Assembly: GCA_965228695.1 (NCBI GenBank)
Contig: CBDDIB010000002.1
Span: 1,369,089 to 1,433,088, forward strand
Length of the DNA: 64,000 nucleotides
Direction: 5' to 3'
Source: Alphaproteobacteria bacterium
GTDB lineage: Bacteria > Pseudomonadota > Alphaproteobacteria > UBA8366
The position numbers and the translations under genes are program-made. Every line of letters begins with the position of its first letter. Within the stretch, counting starts at the first letter, position 1. Positions 36,186 to 46,653 of this stretch are shown here, piece by piece. The notes under the pieces are model-generated. The model was not told the origin of the DNA and did no database searches. It saw only the letters and a program-made list of their open reading frames with translations.

Positions 36186-37324
36186 TGTCCGACGACACCA
36201 AGCAATTCCCGAAAATCACAGAGCAGGGCATGGACGCGCTGCGCCAGCGGATCGGGGTCAAGATCGAAAACACGCTCGAACCGTGGTGCCACGAGGCGAC
36301 GCGGGACAATATCCGCCACTATGCGCACGGGATCGGCGACGACAACCCGCTGTGGTGCGATCCCGATTATGCGGCCGGCACGCCGCATGGCGGGATCATC
36401 GCTCCGCCGTCTTTCCTGTTTGCGTGCAGCCGGATCATTTCCGGATATGTCGGCGGGTTACCGGGCGTGCACGCGATGTGGGCGGGGGCCGATTTCACGT
36501 GGCACGGCGTCATCCGCCGGAATGACGAAATTCATACGGAAGCGTCGCTCAAGGACCTGATCGAGCACGACACACGGTTTTCCGGCCGGGCGGTCCAGCA
36601 GATCTACCATGTGCGGTTTTTCAACGGCGGCGGCGAACTCTTGGCGGAGGCCGATAGCTGGTGTTTCCGGACGGATCGCGATGCGGCGCGGGAAGAAGGT
36701 ACGAAATACACTGAGCTCAAGGAAAAGCCCGATGTTGCGTATAGCGACGCCGATCTGGCGGAATTCTTCAAGCATTACGAGGAGGAAAACGTCCGCGGGG
36801 CCGCGCCGCGCTACTACGAGGACGTCTCTGTCGGTGACGAAGTGCCGCGCATCGTCAAGGGGCCGATGACGGTCACCGGATTTATCGCCTATGCGCAGGG
36901 TTGGGGCGGTCTGTACATCCGCGCCAATAAACTCGCCTGGAAACAAGTAAAGGCGCACCGGGGATTGGGCATCAAGAATAAGTACGGCATTCCCGATTGT
37001 CCGGAACGGGTGCATTGGGAAGACGAGTTCGCGACGCGCGTCGGTGCGCCCGCCGCCTATGACTACGGGCCGGAGCGTTGTTCCTGGATGACGCATCATT
37101 TGACCAACTGGATGGGCGACACAGGATTTCTAAGGTCTTGTTATACCGAGATTCGCCGGCATAACCCGGTGGGGGACATGTTGTTCATCGACGGGACGGT
37201 GAAACGCAAATTCGTCGAGGACGGATCGGGGTATATCGAAATCGAACAACAAGCGGTGCAACAGGATGGCGAACTTTCGGCGCGGGGACATGGCGTCGTG
37301 CGGCTACCGATGCGCGAAAAATGA
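36185..37324 (+). CDS. Double hot-dog MaoC/FAS1-like (R)-specific enoyl-CoA hydratase/dehydratase
   Basis: 379 aa. The start overlaps the upstream stop by 1 nt (TAATG). Two hot-dog halves: N-terminal YAHGIGDDNPLW and a C-terminal MaoC-like region. Confidence 0.7.
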   Translation: MSDDTKQFPKITEQGMDALRQRIGVKIENTLEPWCHEATRDNIRHYAHGIGDDNPLWCDPDYAAGTPHGGIIAPPSFLFACSRIISGYVGGLPGVHAMWAGADFTWHGVIRRNDEIHTEASLKDLIEHDTRFSGRAVQQIYHVRFFNGGGELLAEADSWCFRTDRDAAREEGTKYTELKEKPDVAYSDADLAEFFKHYEEENVRGAAPRYYEDVSVGDEVPRIVKGPMTVTGFIAYAQGWGGLYIRANKLAWKQVKAHRGLGIKNKYGIPDCPERVHWEDEFATRVGAPAAYDYGPERCSWMTHHLTNWMGDTGFLRSCYTEIRRHNPVGDMLFIDGTVKRKFVEDGSGYIEIEQQAVQQDGELSARGHGVVRLPMREK

Positions 37325-37460
37325 GCAGGTTTAGCGTGTTGCACCTGCATCACCCTCGGCAACATTGCTGCGGCTGTGTAAACCATAAGTGTTGACCATA
37401 GAGGTGCGGAGGAGGTTTATTCCTGAGAGGGCACGCCGATAGTTTGAAGAAAGGTTCACG

Positions 37461-38507
37461 ATGTTTTTTCGCAGAACAATTATGTCGCTCATTTGCATGG
37501 GCGCGTTGGTCTTTGGATCGACGCTGGCCGCGGCGAACGACAAGGGGCTGTATATCGGCGGTGCCGGCGGCCTGAACTTCCTCACGGAAGATTCCGATCT
37601 CAATTCCGCCGAAGCGGAATACGACGATTGGGATTGGGCCGTTTCCGGCGCCCTTGGGTATGCACTCGGTAACGGTTTGCGGTTAGAGACCGAAGTCGGG
37701 TACCGCCCGAACGATATCGATAACATCACCGGCGTCGCGGGCGGCTCGGGCGATGTCGATGTCCTGAACTGGATGTTCAACGCCTTATACGATTTCAAGC
37801 AACTCAACCTGCCGGTCACCCCGTATATCGGTGGCGGTATCGGTATCGCGCATGTGGATTTCGATGGCGTGACCCCGGTCGCGGGCAGCACCATTAACGA
37901 TTCGGACATCGGTTTTGCCTTCCAGGGCATTGCCGGATTGTCCTTGGCCTTGACGGAAAATCTGGCCGCGACGCTCGATTATCGCCACCTGCGCGTGCCG
38001 CATGTCAGCTTTAGCACCAATGGCGGTACCAGTGTCGACAGCGATTACGCGACCAACCAGGTCATGATCGGCCTGCGCTACACGTTCGGTGCGCCGCCGA
38101 AACCGGCCCCCGCGCCGGCGCCGGTCAAACAACCGGAACCAGCGCCGAAACCGGCCCCCGCACCCAAGGTGCAGCTGCAGCCGAAGGAATTCATCGTCTT
38201 CTTCGACTTCGATCAGTCGACGCTGACGCCGGAAGCGCAGAAGATCGTAAACGATGCTGCCGCGGAAGCGCGCAAGGGGTATGTGCGGATCAAGCTCGCC
38301 GGCCATGCCGACCGGGCGGGTTCCTCGCAGTACAATATCGGCCTGTCGCAACGGCGTGCGAATGCGGTGGAAGCCGAACTGCGCCGTCTCGGCCTGTCGT
38401 CGACGGATATCGCGACCGAAGCCAAGGGTGAGGCCGAGCCTCTCGTCCCGACGGCGGACGGCGTTCCGGAGCCGCAGAACCGGCGCGTCGAAATCATGAT
38501 GCAGTAG
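37461..38507 (+). CDS. OmpA-family outer-membrane protein (beta-barrel + Pro-rich linker + OmpA C-terminal domain)
   Basis: 348 aa. Signal peptide. Barrel ending in IGLRYTF. Linker PPKPAPAPAPVKQPEPAPKPAPAPK. OmpA domain FFDFDQSTL...GHADRAGSSQYNIGLSQRRANAV...NRRVEI. Confidence 0.9.
   Translation: MFFRRTIMSLICMGALVFGSTLAAANDKGLYIGGAGGLNFLTEDSDLNSAEAEYDDWDWAVSGALGYALGNGLRLETEVGYRPNDIDNITGVAGGSGDVDVLNWMFNALYDFKQLNLPVTPYIGGGIGIAHVDFDGVTPVAGSTINDSDIGFAFQGIAGLSLALTENLAATLDYRHLRVPHVSFSTNGGTSVDSDYATNQVMIGLRYTFGAPPKPAPAPAPVKQPEPAPKPAPAPKVQLQPKEFIVFFDFDQSTLTPEAQKIVNDAAAEARKGYVRIKLAGHADRAGSSQYNIGLSQRRANAVEAELRRLGLSSTDIATEAKGEAEPLVPTADGVPEPQNRRVEIMMQ
38097..38161 (+). repeat. 17-nt direct repeat inside the OmpA Pro/Ala linker
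   Basis: ccgaaaccggcccccgc occurs at 38097-38113 and again at 38145-38161, each encoding PKPAPAP. Confidence 0.6.
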
Positions 38508-38530
38508 GCTTCGACAGCGACTTTAACGGC

Positions 38531-38568
38531 AACCGGCCGGACCCTAGGGTCCGGCCGGTTTGTCTTTG
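38531..38568. terminator. Bidirectional intrinsic terminator between ompA-like and the convergent hypothetical gene
   Basis: A 13-bp stem: aaccggccggacc (38531-38543) pairs with ggtccggccggtt (38548-38560). It is followed by TGTCTTTGG. Confidence 0.75.
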
Positions 38569-38618
38569 GGCCGATGCGAAACGTGACCGTTGCATCAACG
38601 CCTGCGCCGCAACAATGC

Positions 38619-39188
38619 CTATTTCTTGGGTTGTAACGTGGTCGTCTGCAAGGGACTGCACGCCGCGCTGGCGAGCTGCGTGGACCCGTTATTATGCAGC
38701 GCCAGTTGTGCGAGGTTGACCCGGCTTTGCGCGGTCTTCTGGAACAGCGTGGTTGCATCGGCGCAGAACTGATCGCGATCCGCATTGCTGCGCGCCGAGG
38801 CTTCGTTGGCGAGCCGCGTGACGAAGCGGTTCAAGCGACGGGGACCCGATTTGCCGTAGCGGCGTTTGAATTCCCGGCGGATCGCCGTGCCGTATTTTTT
38901 AAGGCTTGCCCGATGATTGATGACGAAGGCGTTGTAATCCGCCCGCGCGCCGCAGGACAGCGCCGCCACCATCAACTTCGTCTGCAGCCGGCGTACCTCG
39001 ATCGACACGGCGCCGGCCGACGCCCGATCTTTGCCATATGCCGAACACTGATTCGCCAAACCCGTTGACACCGGCGTCACGACGGCACCCATCAACGCGA
39101 GGCCGAATACGCGCGCGCTCACGCGGCGGCCCGCTTTCGCGGCCGCCGGACTGAATCGGCGTTTCCGTTGCATCTTCATGAGCTTCAT
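38619..39188 (-). CDS. Hypothetical exported protein
   Basis: Start at ATG 39188 (AAGGA upstream): MKLMKMQRKRR...VFGLALMGAVVTPVSTGLA is a signal peptide. The body is basic and helical with four Cys. No family recognised. Confidence 0.55.
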   Translation of the reverse strand: MKLMKMQRKRRFSPAAAKAGRRVSARVFGLALMGAVVTPVSTGLANQCSAYGKDRASAGAVSIEVRRLQTKLMVAALSCGARADYNAFVINHRASLKKYGTAIRREFKRRYGKSGPRRLNRFVTRLANEASARSNADRDQFCADATTLFQKTAQSRVNLAQLALHNNGSTQLASAACSPLQTTTLQPKK

Positions 39189-39367
39189 GGACTGTCCTTT
39201 GTTCCGATGGTCTCTGTCAAGAGCACGAGAGATCAATTCGGTTATGTGCTCACCCGATGCCACGGTCGCACCCGCGCCGTTAACATAAAATAAAGCTATA
39301 TGGTTAACTGCCGCCCAATTGCGGCAACAATAAGGACACGGCTCCTAACCTCCGCGCCGACGGCCGA

Positions 39368-40957
<1,590 letters not shown>

Positions 40958-41118
40958 CGTGTTGATCGGTCCGTCGACTCTATTGGCTGCGTCGAACGCG
41001 CCATCAGGGCCATATCGGCCCGGCGCATGCGATGTTCAATATGAAGATGATGCCTTGATCAATCCTTTACGTGCGAAACCCGGCATAATTCTTCAACCGC
41101 CGGGCCCGCATCGAAGGA

Positions 41119-42099
41119 TCAATCGCCCGACATCGCCAGCATTTTATCGACGACCGCCTCGGTCACATTGCCGCCGGTGAGCGCGGCGACGGTCTTGCGC
41201 GATGTGTCGACCTTGCCGCTGAGAAACGCCGCGGCGGCGACCACACCGGCCGGCTCACCCATCAGCTTGCCGCGGTACAGAATCGTCCGGAAGGCGTCGG
41301 CGATATCCTGCTCGCTGATCAGAACGATTTCGTCCATGTATTCCTGCAGGTGGCTGAAGGGATACTCGCCCGGCCGCCGCGCCGAGAGGCCGTCCGCCAT
41401 GCTGTCCCAATAGTCGATCGCCGTGGCTTTGCCTTGTTGCATCGAGACATAGGCCGCGTTGGCCTTTTCCGGTTGGACGCCGATCACCTTCGTGTCCGGC
41501 TTGCCGAGTTTCACCGCCGTGGCGATCCCGGCCGCGACGCCGCCGCTGCTGACGGGCACCAGTACGGTTTCCACGTCCGGGCAATCCTCGATGATTTCCA
41601 GACCGATACTGGCATGGCCGGCGACGATTGGCGGGTATTCCCAGTTGTCGATGGCGGTCATACCGCGTTCTTCGGCAAGCCGGTCGACTGTCGGTTGGCG
41701 TTCCAAGGCATCGGTGCCGCAGAACACGACCTCGGCACCGTAACCTTTGGTATTGTCGACCTTGAACGGGCTTGTAGTGTCCAGCATGACCACGACGACC
41801 GGCACGTCCATGCTGGCCCCGGCATAGGCGTAGGCTTGGGCGAAATTGCCGGAGGATGTGACCACCAACCCGCGCTTGCGTTGCTCTTCGGTCAGCGACC
41901 GCAGCACGGTATAGGCCGCGCGGACCTTGTAGGCCCCGGTGACTTGCAGGTTCTCGCATTTCAAGAACAGCTTCTCGCGGCCGACTTCGGCGGAGTCGCG
42001 CGCGAGCGGCAGAATCGGCGTGTGTCGGATGAAGTCGGGCAGCGCGTCGCGCGCTTCCTTGATGTCGTCGAGCGTGGTCAGGCGGGGCATCGGTCTCAT
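41119..42099 (-). CDS. PLP-dependent threonine/serine dehydratase family protein
   Basis: Start near ATG 42099. PLP-lysine motif LFLKCENLQVTGAYKVRAA, with SSGNFAQAYAY and VSSGGVAAG. About 326 aa. Confidence 0.85.
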   Translation of the reverse strand: MRPMPRLTTLDDIKEARDALPDFIRHTPILPLARDSAEVGREKLFLKCENLQVTGAYKVRAAYTVLRSLTEEQRKRGLVVTSSGNFAQAYAYAGASMDVPVVVVMLDTTSPFKVDNTKGYGAEVVFCGTDALERQPTVDRLAEERGMTAIDNWEYPPIVAGHASIGLEIIEDCPDVETVLVPVSSGGVAAGIATAVKLGKPDTKVIGVQPEKANAAYVSMQQGKATAIDYWDSMADGLSARRPGEYPFSHLQEYMDEIVLISEQDIADAFRTILYRGKLMGEPAGVVAAAAFLSGKVDTSRKTVAALTGGNVTEAVVDKMLAMSGD

Positions 42100-42223
42100 G
42101 GCGTTGCTGCGGGGTAGACGGGCACTATGAGCGAGGGAGATATGCGGCGCAAGCGGCGGCGTGCGGAAGCCCGTCTGCTGCGATATAAACAAAGCGGAGC
42201 ACAAGACTGGTGGGGAGCACCCG

Positions 42224-43468
42224 ATGAAGTTGACGGACTACGAGGAAAGCATCCGCGCAGGCAATCTAGGCGAGCCGCGCCGGCTGGCGCTGGAGCATCA
42301 AATCAAGGTCGGGCAGTTCTTCGACGCCGAGGATCTGGTGGCGATCAGCCAGGTTCACCTGATGGCGGATACGGAATCGCTGGGTGCGGCCGGCGTCGAG
42401 TTCCTGGAAAAGGTCGCAAGCTATCCCAAGGACGAACGGCGTACGGTGGTGCCGACGGTAACCGATCCGCGCGGTACCGATTTCAACGCCTACAAGCGGC
42501 TGAAGCAGCAGGAAGACTGGATCGACCTGGAGCGCCGTGCGGTCGATGCCTTTCAGTCGCTCGACGTGATGATGACCGATACCTGCATCAACTATCAGGT
42601 GATCATCCCGCCGGTGCAGGGCGAGCATGTGGCTTTCGGCGATACCGGGTCGAGCATCTACACCAACAGCGTGCTCGGCGCGCGGACCAATTTCGAGGGC
42701 GGGCCCTCGGCGCTGGCCGCCGCGCTGACCGGGCGGACGCCGCGCTACGGCTTCCATCTCGACGAACGCCGCCGCGGCACCGCGCTTTACGTGCTGGAGA
42801 CCCGGCCGCAGGATTGGGCGGACTGGGGCGCGGTCGGCGGCATCATCGGCCGGAATATGGGGTCCTATTGGGAAGTGCCGGTGATCGACGGCGTCGACGG
42901 GACGCCGACCTCGGACGAGATGAAACATCTGGGCGCGGCGATGGCGAGTTTCGGGTCGACGCCGTTGTTCCACATGATCGGCGTGACGCCGGAAGCGCCG
43001 TCGCTGGAAACGGTTTTCGATACCGCGCCGCCGGACCCGGTCCGCATCACCCGCGCCGACATCGACGCCTTTTATGATTCCTACGGCGTGTCGGACGACC
43101 GGCTCGACGTGGTGGTGTTCGCCGCGCCGCAATTGTCGCTGTTCGAGTTGCAGCGGCTTGGACATTTGCTCGACGGGCGGACGGTGAACGACGCAACCAC
43201 CCTGATTGCGGCGACCGCCCCGGAAATCAAGAAGGCCGCCGACCGCATGGGGATCACCGCGCAGATCGAAGGCGCCGGCGGTATCCTGCTCGAAGGGGTC
43301 TGCTTCTACCAGATGTACGCCCGCGAGGTCGGTGAGGCGAACGGCTGGAAGCGGCTGATGAGCAACTCGGCGAAAATCGTGAATATCCTCGGCGGTTACG
43401 GCTACGAGCCGGTCCTGTCCACCATGGAGCGGTGCGTCGATTCCGCCGTCGCCGGGAGGATCGTCTGA
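42224..43468 (+). CDS. Aconitase X catalytic (large) subunit, DUF521
   Basis: Start at ATG 42224 (GGGGAG upstream). About 414 aa of DUF521-type sequence (AGNLGEPRRLALEHQIKVGQFF...CINYQ...FGDTGSS...). Family call is from memory. Confidence 0.75.
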   Translation: MKLTDYEESIRAGNLGEPRRLALEHQIKVGQFFDAEDLVAISQVHLMADTESLGAAGVEFLEKVASYPKDERRTVVPTVTDPRGTDFNAYKRLKQQEDWIDLERRAVDAFQSLDVMMTDTCINYQVIIPPVQGEHVAFGDTGSSIYTNSVLGARTNFEGGPSALAAALTGRTPRYGFHLDERRRGTALYVLETRPQDWADWGAVGGIIGRNMGSYWEVPVIDGVDGTPTSDEMKHLGAAMASFGSTPLFHMIGVTPEAPSLETVFDTAPPDPVRITRADIDAFYDSYGVSDDRLDVVVFAAPQLSLFELQRLGHLLDGRTVNDATTLIAATAPEIKKAADRMGITAQIEGAGGILLEGVCFYQMYAREVGEANGWKRLMSNSAKIVNILGGYGYEPVLSTMERCVDSAVAGRIV

Positions 43469-43878
43469 TGGCCGACCGGATCATCCAAGGTCATGTCGGC
43501 ATCGGCGATACGGTGACCGGAACGGCGCTGGTCGCCGACGATAATTTCAGCGCCCGCTACGACCTCAACCGGATCGACGGCACCTTCTCGCGCGAGGCGC
43601 ACAAGCTGTACGGCGAGAGCTATCTCGGCAAGGTGCTGATCCTCAACATCGCGAAGGGCGGCGTGGCGACGGCCTGGATGCTGTACGAAATGGCGTCCCG
43701 CGACCGGGCGCCGCTGGCGCTGGTGCTGAACTACGCCAACCCGATCATGGCGCAAGGGGCCGCGCATGCGGACTTCCCGCTGCTCGACCGGTTCGATTGC
43801 GATATCACGGCCGCGGTGAAAACCGGCGACCGGGTCACGGTAAACCCGGCGGCCGGGCGGCTCATCGTCCACGAATGA
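43468..43878 (+). CDS. Aconitase X swivel (small) subunit, DUF126
   Basis: ATG 43468 overlaps the upstream TGA by 1 nt. 136 aa. GTALVADDNFSARYDL...GKVLILNIAKGGVATAWMLYEM is typical of DUF126. Confidence 0.75.
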   Translation: MADRIIQGHVGIGDTVTGTALVADDNFSARYDLNRIDGTFSREAHKLYGESYLGKVLILNIAKGGVATAWMLYEMASRDRAPLALVLNYANPIMAQGAAHADFPLLDRFDCDITAAVKTGDRVTVNPAAGRLIVHE

Positions 43879-43899
43879 CGCGCACCCGCCCGTTCTGCG

Positions 43900-44769
43900 C
43901 TAGCCTTCGGCCTGGAAGGTCTGCAGGATCTGCTCGACCGCGGCGTCGACCTTGAGCTGTAGCATCTTTTCGCCGATCTCGGCGCTGGCCCGCGTCGGGT
44001 CGCCGATGACGCCGCTGGCCGCCATGCCGGCCTCGCTGCTCGACCGGCGGCGGTCCAGGCGGATGCCGGCGGCATGCACCGCCAGCAGTTCCGATGTATC
44101 GCGGATGCCGGCGTGGCTGCCGATGGCGGATTCGCTCTCGCCGCTGGTCAGCAGCCAGTCCACCTGGCCGTTGGCGCTGTAGTAATTCGCGACATGCAGC
44201 ACAGCGACGCCGGAACCGATCCATTCCTCGTTCAGCTTCTTCGCGACCGCCGCCTGTATTGCCTGGTTGCCGCCGCTGTCGCCGATGAAACAGATCGTTC
44301 GGAAGCCGTGCGCCTTCAGGCTGCGGGCCGTCGATTCGAGAACCGCGGCGAACACGTCTTCGGAAACGCTGATCGTTCCCGGATACGCCATGTGACCCGT
44401 CGGCGGTGAAATCGCGCCTTGAGGCACATAGGACAGGACCGGCGCCACCAGCGCGTTGCCCAGCTGCTGCGCGATCTTACCGGCGGTATGCCGGACCACA
44501 TAGTTATGCTTGCCGAGCACCATATGTGGGCCGTTCTGTTCGGTCCCGCCGGTTGGCACGATGGCGGTGGCGTGACCGGCGCGCACGAGCGCGCGCACTT
44601 CGGTCCAGGTCAGGTCTTCCAGGTGAACCGGCAGGTTCTCGGTTGCGATCGGAGTGACATCCCGGTATTCGCCGGTGTCCGTGCCGTTCAGCAATTGATT
44701 CGGCAGGTAGGTCAGGCCGGCAACGCCCGCGACGGCGAGGACGGCGGCTACGATGAGTACGCGCTTCAT
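43900..44769 (-). CDS. Creatininase-family amidohydrolase with N-terminal membrane anchor/signal
   Basis: 289 aa. Hydrophobic N-terminus MKRVLIVAAVLAVAGVAGL. Family motifs IVPTGGTEQNGPHMVLGKH, FIGDSGGN, GSHAG. Confidence 0.8.
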   Translation of the reverse strand: MKRVLIVAAVLAVAGVAGLTYLPNQLLNGTDTGEYRDVTPIATENLPVHLEDLTWTEVRALVRAGHATAIVPTGGTEQNGPHMVLGKHNYVVRHTAGKIAQQLGNALVAPVLSYVPQGAISPPTGHMAYPGTISVSEDVFAAVLESTARSLKAHGFRTICFIGDSGGNQAIQAAVAKKLNEEWIGSGVAVLHVANYYSANGQVDWLLTSGESESAIGSHAGIRDTSELLAVHAAGIRLDRRRSSSEAGMAASGVIGDPTRASAEIGEKMLQLKVDAAVEQILQTFQAEG

Positions 44770-45761
44770 GTCTGGCTCCGTTTAGGGGAAAGGTATTTCG
44801 CGAAGACGACCCGGAACGGGCGCGCATAGAGCTGCCACACGCTGTCGAAGGCTTGGTGTTCGTCTCCGTCGAGTCCGAAATTCAGAGTCTCGCGGCTCTT
44901 CGGCACATACAGGGTCCCGGCGAGGGCATCCCAAAAAGCGAAGATGAAGCCGAGATTCTTGTCGAAATGTTTCTCGGCGCTGCTGTGATGGATTTGATGC
45001 TGCGCGGGGCTTATCAGGAAATGGCTGACCGCCTGCGGGTAGCTGACCCAGACATGCGAATGCCGCAAATTGTATCCGGTGAGATAAAACAGAAAGAGAA
45101 AGAGGTTTAGATTGAACACCAGCACGGTCGTCGGCGATGCCGCGTAGATCGTCCGGAAGATGCCGTCGACGACGCCCAGGAACAGCGCCGAGAGGATACC
45201 CGTCAGGATGTCGTCCACCGGGTGCATGCGATAGACCGTAATCGGTGTAAGGACTTCCGCCGAGTGGTGCACCTTATGGAATTCCCACAGCGCGGGGACC
45301 TTATGCTGCAGGTAGTGCGAAAGGAAGACGGCGCCGTCCATCGCGATGATCATCACGATCGTGTAGCCGAGATGGTCGCCGGCGCCGGGGATGAGGTGCG
45401 CGCCTTCCGCGCCGGCGAGCGGCGCCAGCGCGCGCTTGGTCAGGCCGGCGACCGCCGGGGCGCCCAGCAAGATCGGGCTGACGATCAGGGCCAAGCCGAA
45501 GGCGTTGATGACGAAATACTTGTAATCGACGATGGCGGAGCGGTGCAGGAACACGTCGCGCGGCAGCAGGAACCCCATGAATCCGCGCCATCCGGTCGCT
45601 GCTGTTCCAGTTCGCCCATTCAGCGTTCGGCCATAGAGATAGGCGCCCGCGGCGATGATCCCGGCGGACAGCAGATACAACCAAAAAATCCGCTGATCCG
45701 ACAGGATGGGATAGAAAAACGGCGAAATCGCCTTCGCGAAGATGCTGAGCGCGGTATCCAT
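44766..45761 (-). CDS. Fatty acid hydroxylase / sterol desaturase superfamily membrane protein
   Basis: 331 aa, polytopic. Histidine boxes HYLQH, HKVHHS and HQIHHS. ATGA overlap with the creatininase-family gene at 44766-44769. Confidence 0.8.
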   Translation of the reverse strand: MDTALSIFAKAISPFFYPILSDQRIFWLYLLSAGIIAAGAYLYGRTLNGRTGTAATGWRGFMGFLLPRDVFLHRSAIVDYKYFVINAFGLALIVSPILLGAPAVAGLTKRALAPLAGAEGAHLIPGAGDHLGYTIVMIIAMDGAVFLSHYLQHKVPALWEFHKVHHSAEVLTPITVYRMHPVDDILTGILSALFLGVVDGIFRTIYAASPTTVLVFNLNLFLFLFYLTGYNLRHSHVWVSYPQAVSHFLISPAQHQIHHSSAEKHFDKNLGFIFAFWDALAGTLYVPKSRETLNFGLDGDEHQAFDSVWQLYARPFRVVFAKYLSPKRSQT

Positions 45762-45864
45762 ACGGAAGCCCCCGGTGTGGGCACTTTTTAAGACTTTGGA
45801 CTTAAGAACTTGTTAACTTATGGGGGCGGAATCGGGATCCGCCGCGGTCGGGGGGAGCGGGACA

Positions 45865-46653
45865 ATGCAGCGGTATAGGATGGCGCTTGTAACCGGGGCG
45901 ACGAGCGGGATCGGCACGGCCTTTGCCGAGGCGTTGCCGCGGGAGACCGGTTTGCTGCTGACCGGGCGGGACCGCGCGGCATTGGATGCCCTGGCCGAGA
46001 AACTTGCCGCCGAGGGGCGCACGGTCGAAACTCATGCCGCCGATCTCGCGGCCGAGGCCGACCGGGCCGAATTGATCGACTGGGCCGAGGCGCTTGGTGT
46101 CGATTTGTTGATCAACAATGCCGGGCTCGGCGTGTTCGGGCCCGTGACCGGGAATGCCCTCGACCGCGAGATGGAGATGATCGCGGTCAACGTCACCGCC
46201 GTCGTTCATCTGACCCGTGCGCTGTTGCCCGGCATGACCGCACGGGCGCGCACGAACGGTGGACGCGCGGGGCTGATCATCGTATCCAGTGTCGTCGCAT
46301 TCACGCCGGTGCCCATGCTTGCCACCTACGCCGCCACCAAGACATTCGAGCTGAGCTTCGGAGAAGCGCTTGCCGATGAAGTGAAGGACGCGCCGGTCGA
46401 TGTGCTGGTGCTGTGTCCGGGCGCCACGCGGACGAAATTCTTCGACCGCGCCGGGATGGCCAGGACGCCGGGCTACGCGGAGATGCCGGAACCGGTCGCC
46501 CGCAAGGCATTGCGCGCCTTGGGCCGACAGCGGGTTCTGGTGAGCCAGCCGCCGGCACGGACGGCGCTGCTGTTGGCGACGGCGCGGCGGCGGCTGATGG
46601 TTGCCGGGGCGGGCCGGGTGATGCGGCGGATCGCGGGGCGCGAGGGGGAATGA
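45865..46653 (+). CDS. SDR family oxidoreductase
   Basis: Start at ATG 45865 or 45880 (MALVTGATSGIGTAFAEAL). NNAG motif. YAATKTF (YxxxK). Confidence 0.85.
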   Translation: MQRYRMALVTGATSGIGTAFAEALPRETGLLLTGRDRAALDALAEKLAAEGRTVETHAADLAAEADRAELIDWAEALGVDLLINNAGLGVFGPVTGNALDREMEMIAVNVTAVVHLTRALLPGMTARARTNGGRAGLIIVSSVVAFTPVPMLATYAATKTFELSFGEALADEVKDAPVDVLVLCPGATRTKFFDRAGMARTPGYAEMPEPVARKALRALGRQRVLVSQPPARTALLLATARRRLMVAGAGRVMRRIAGREGE

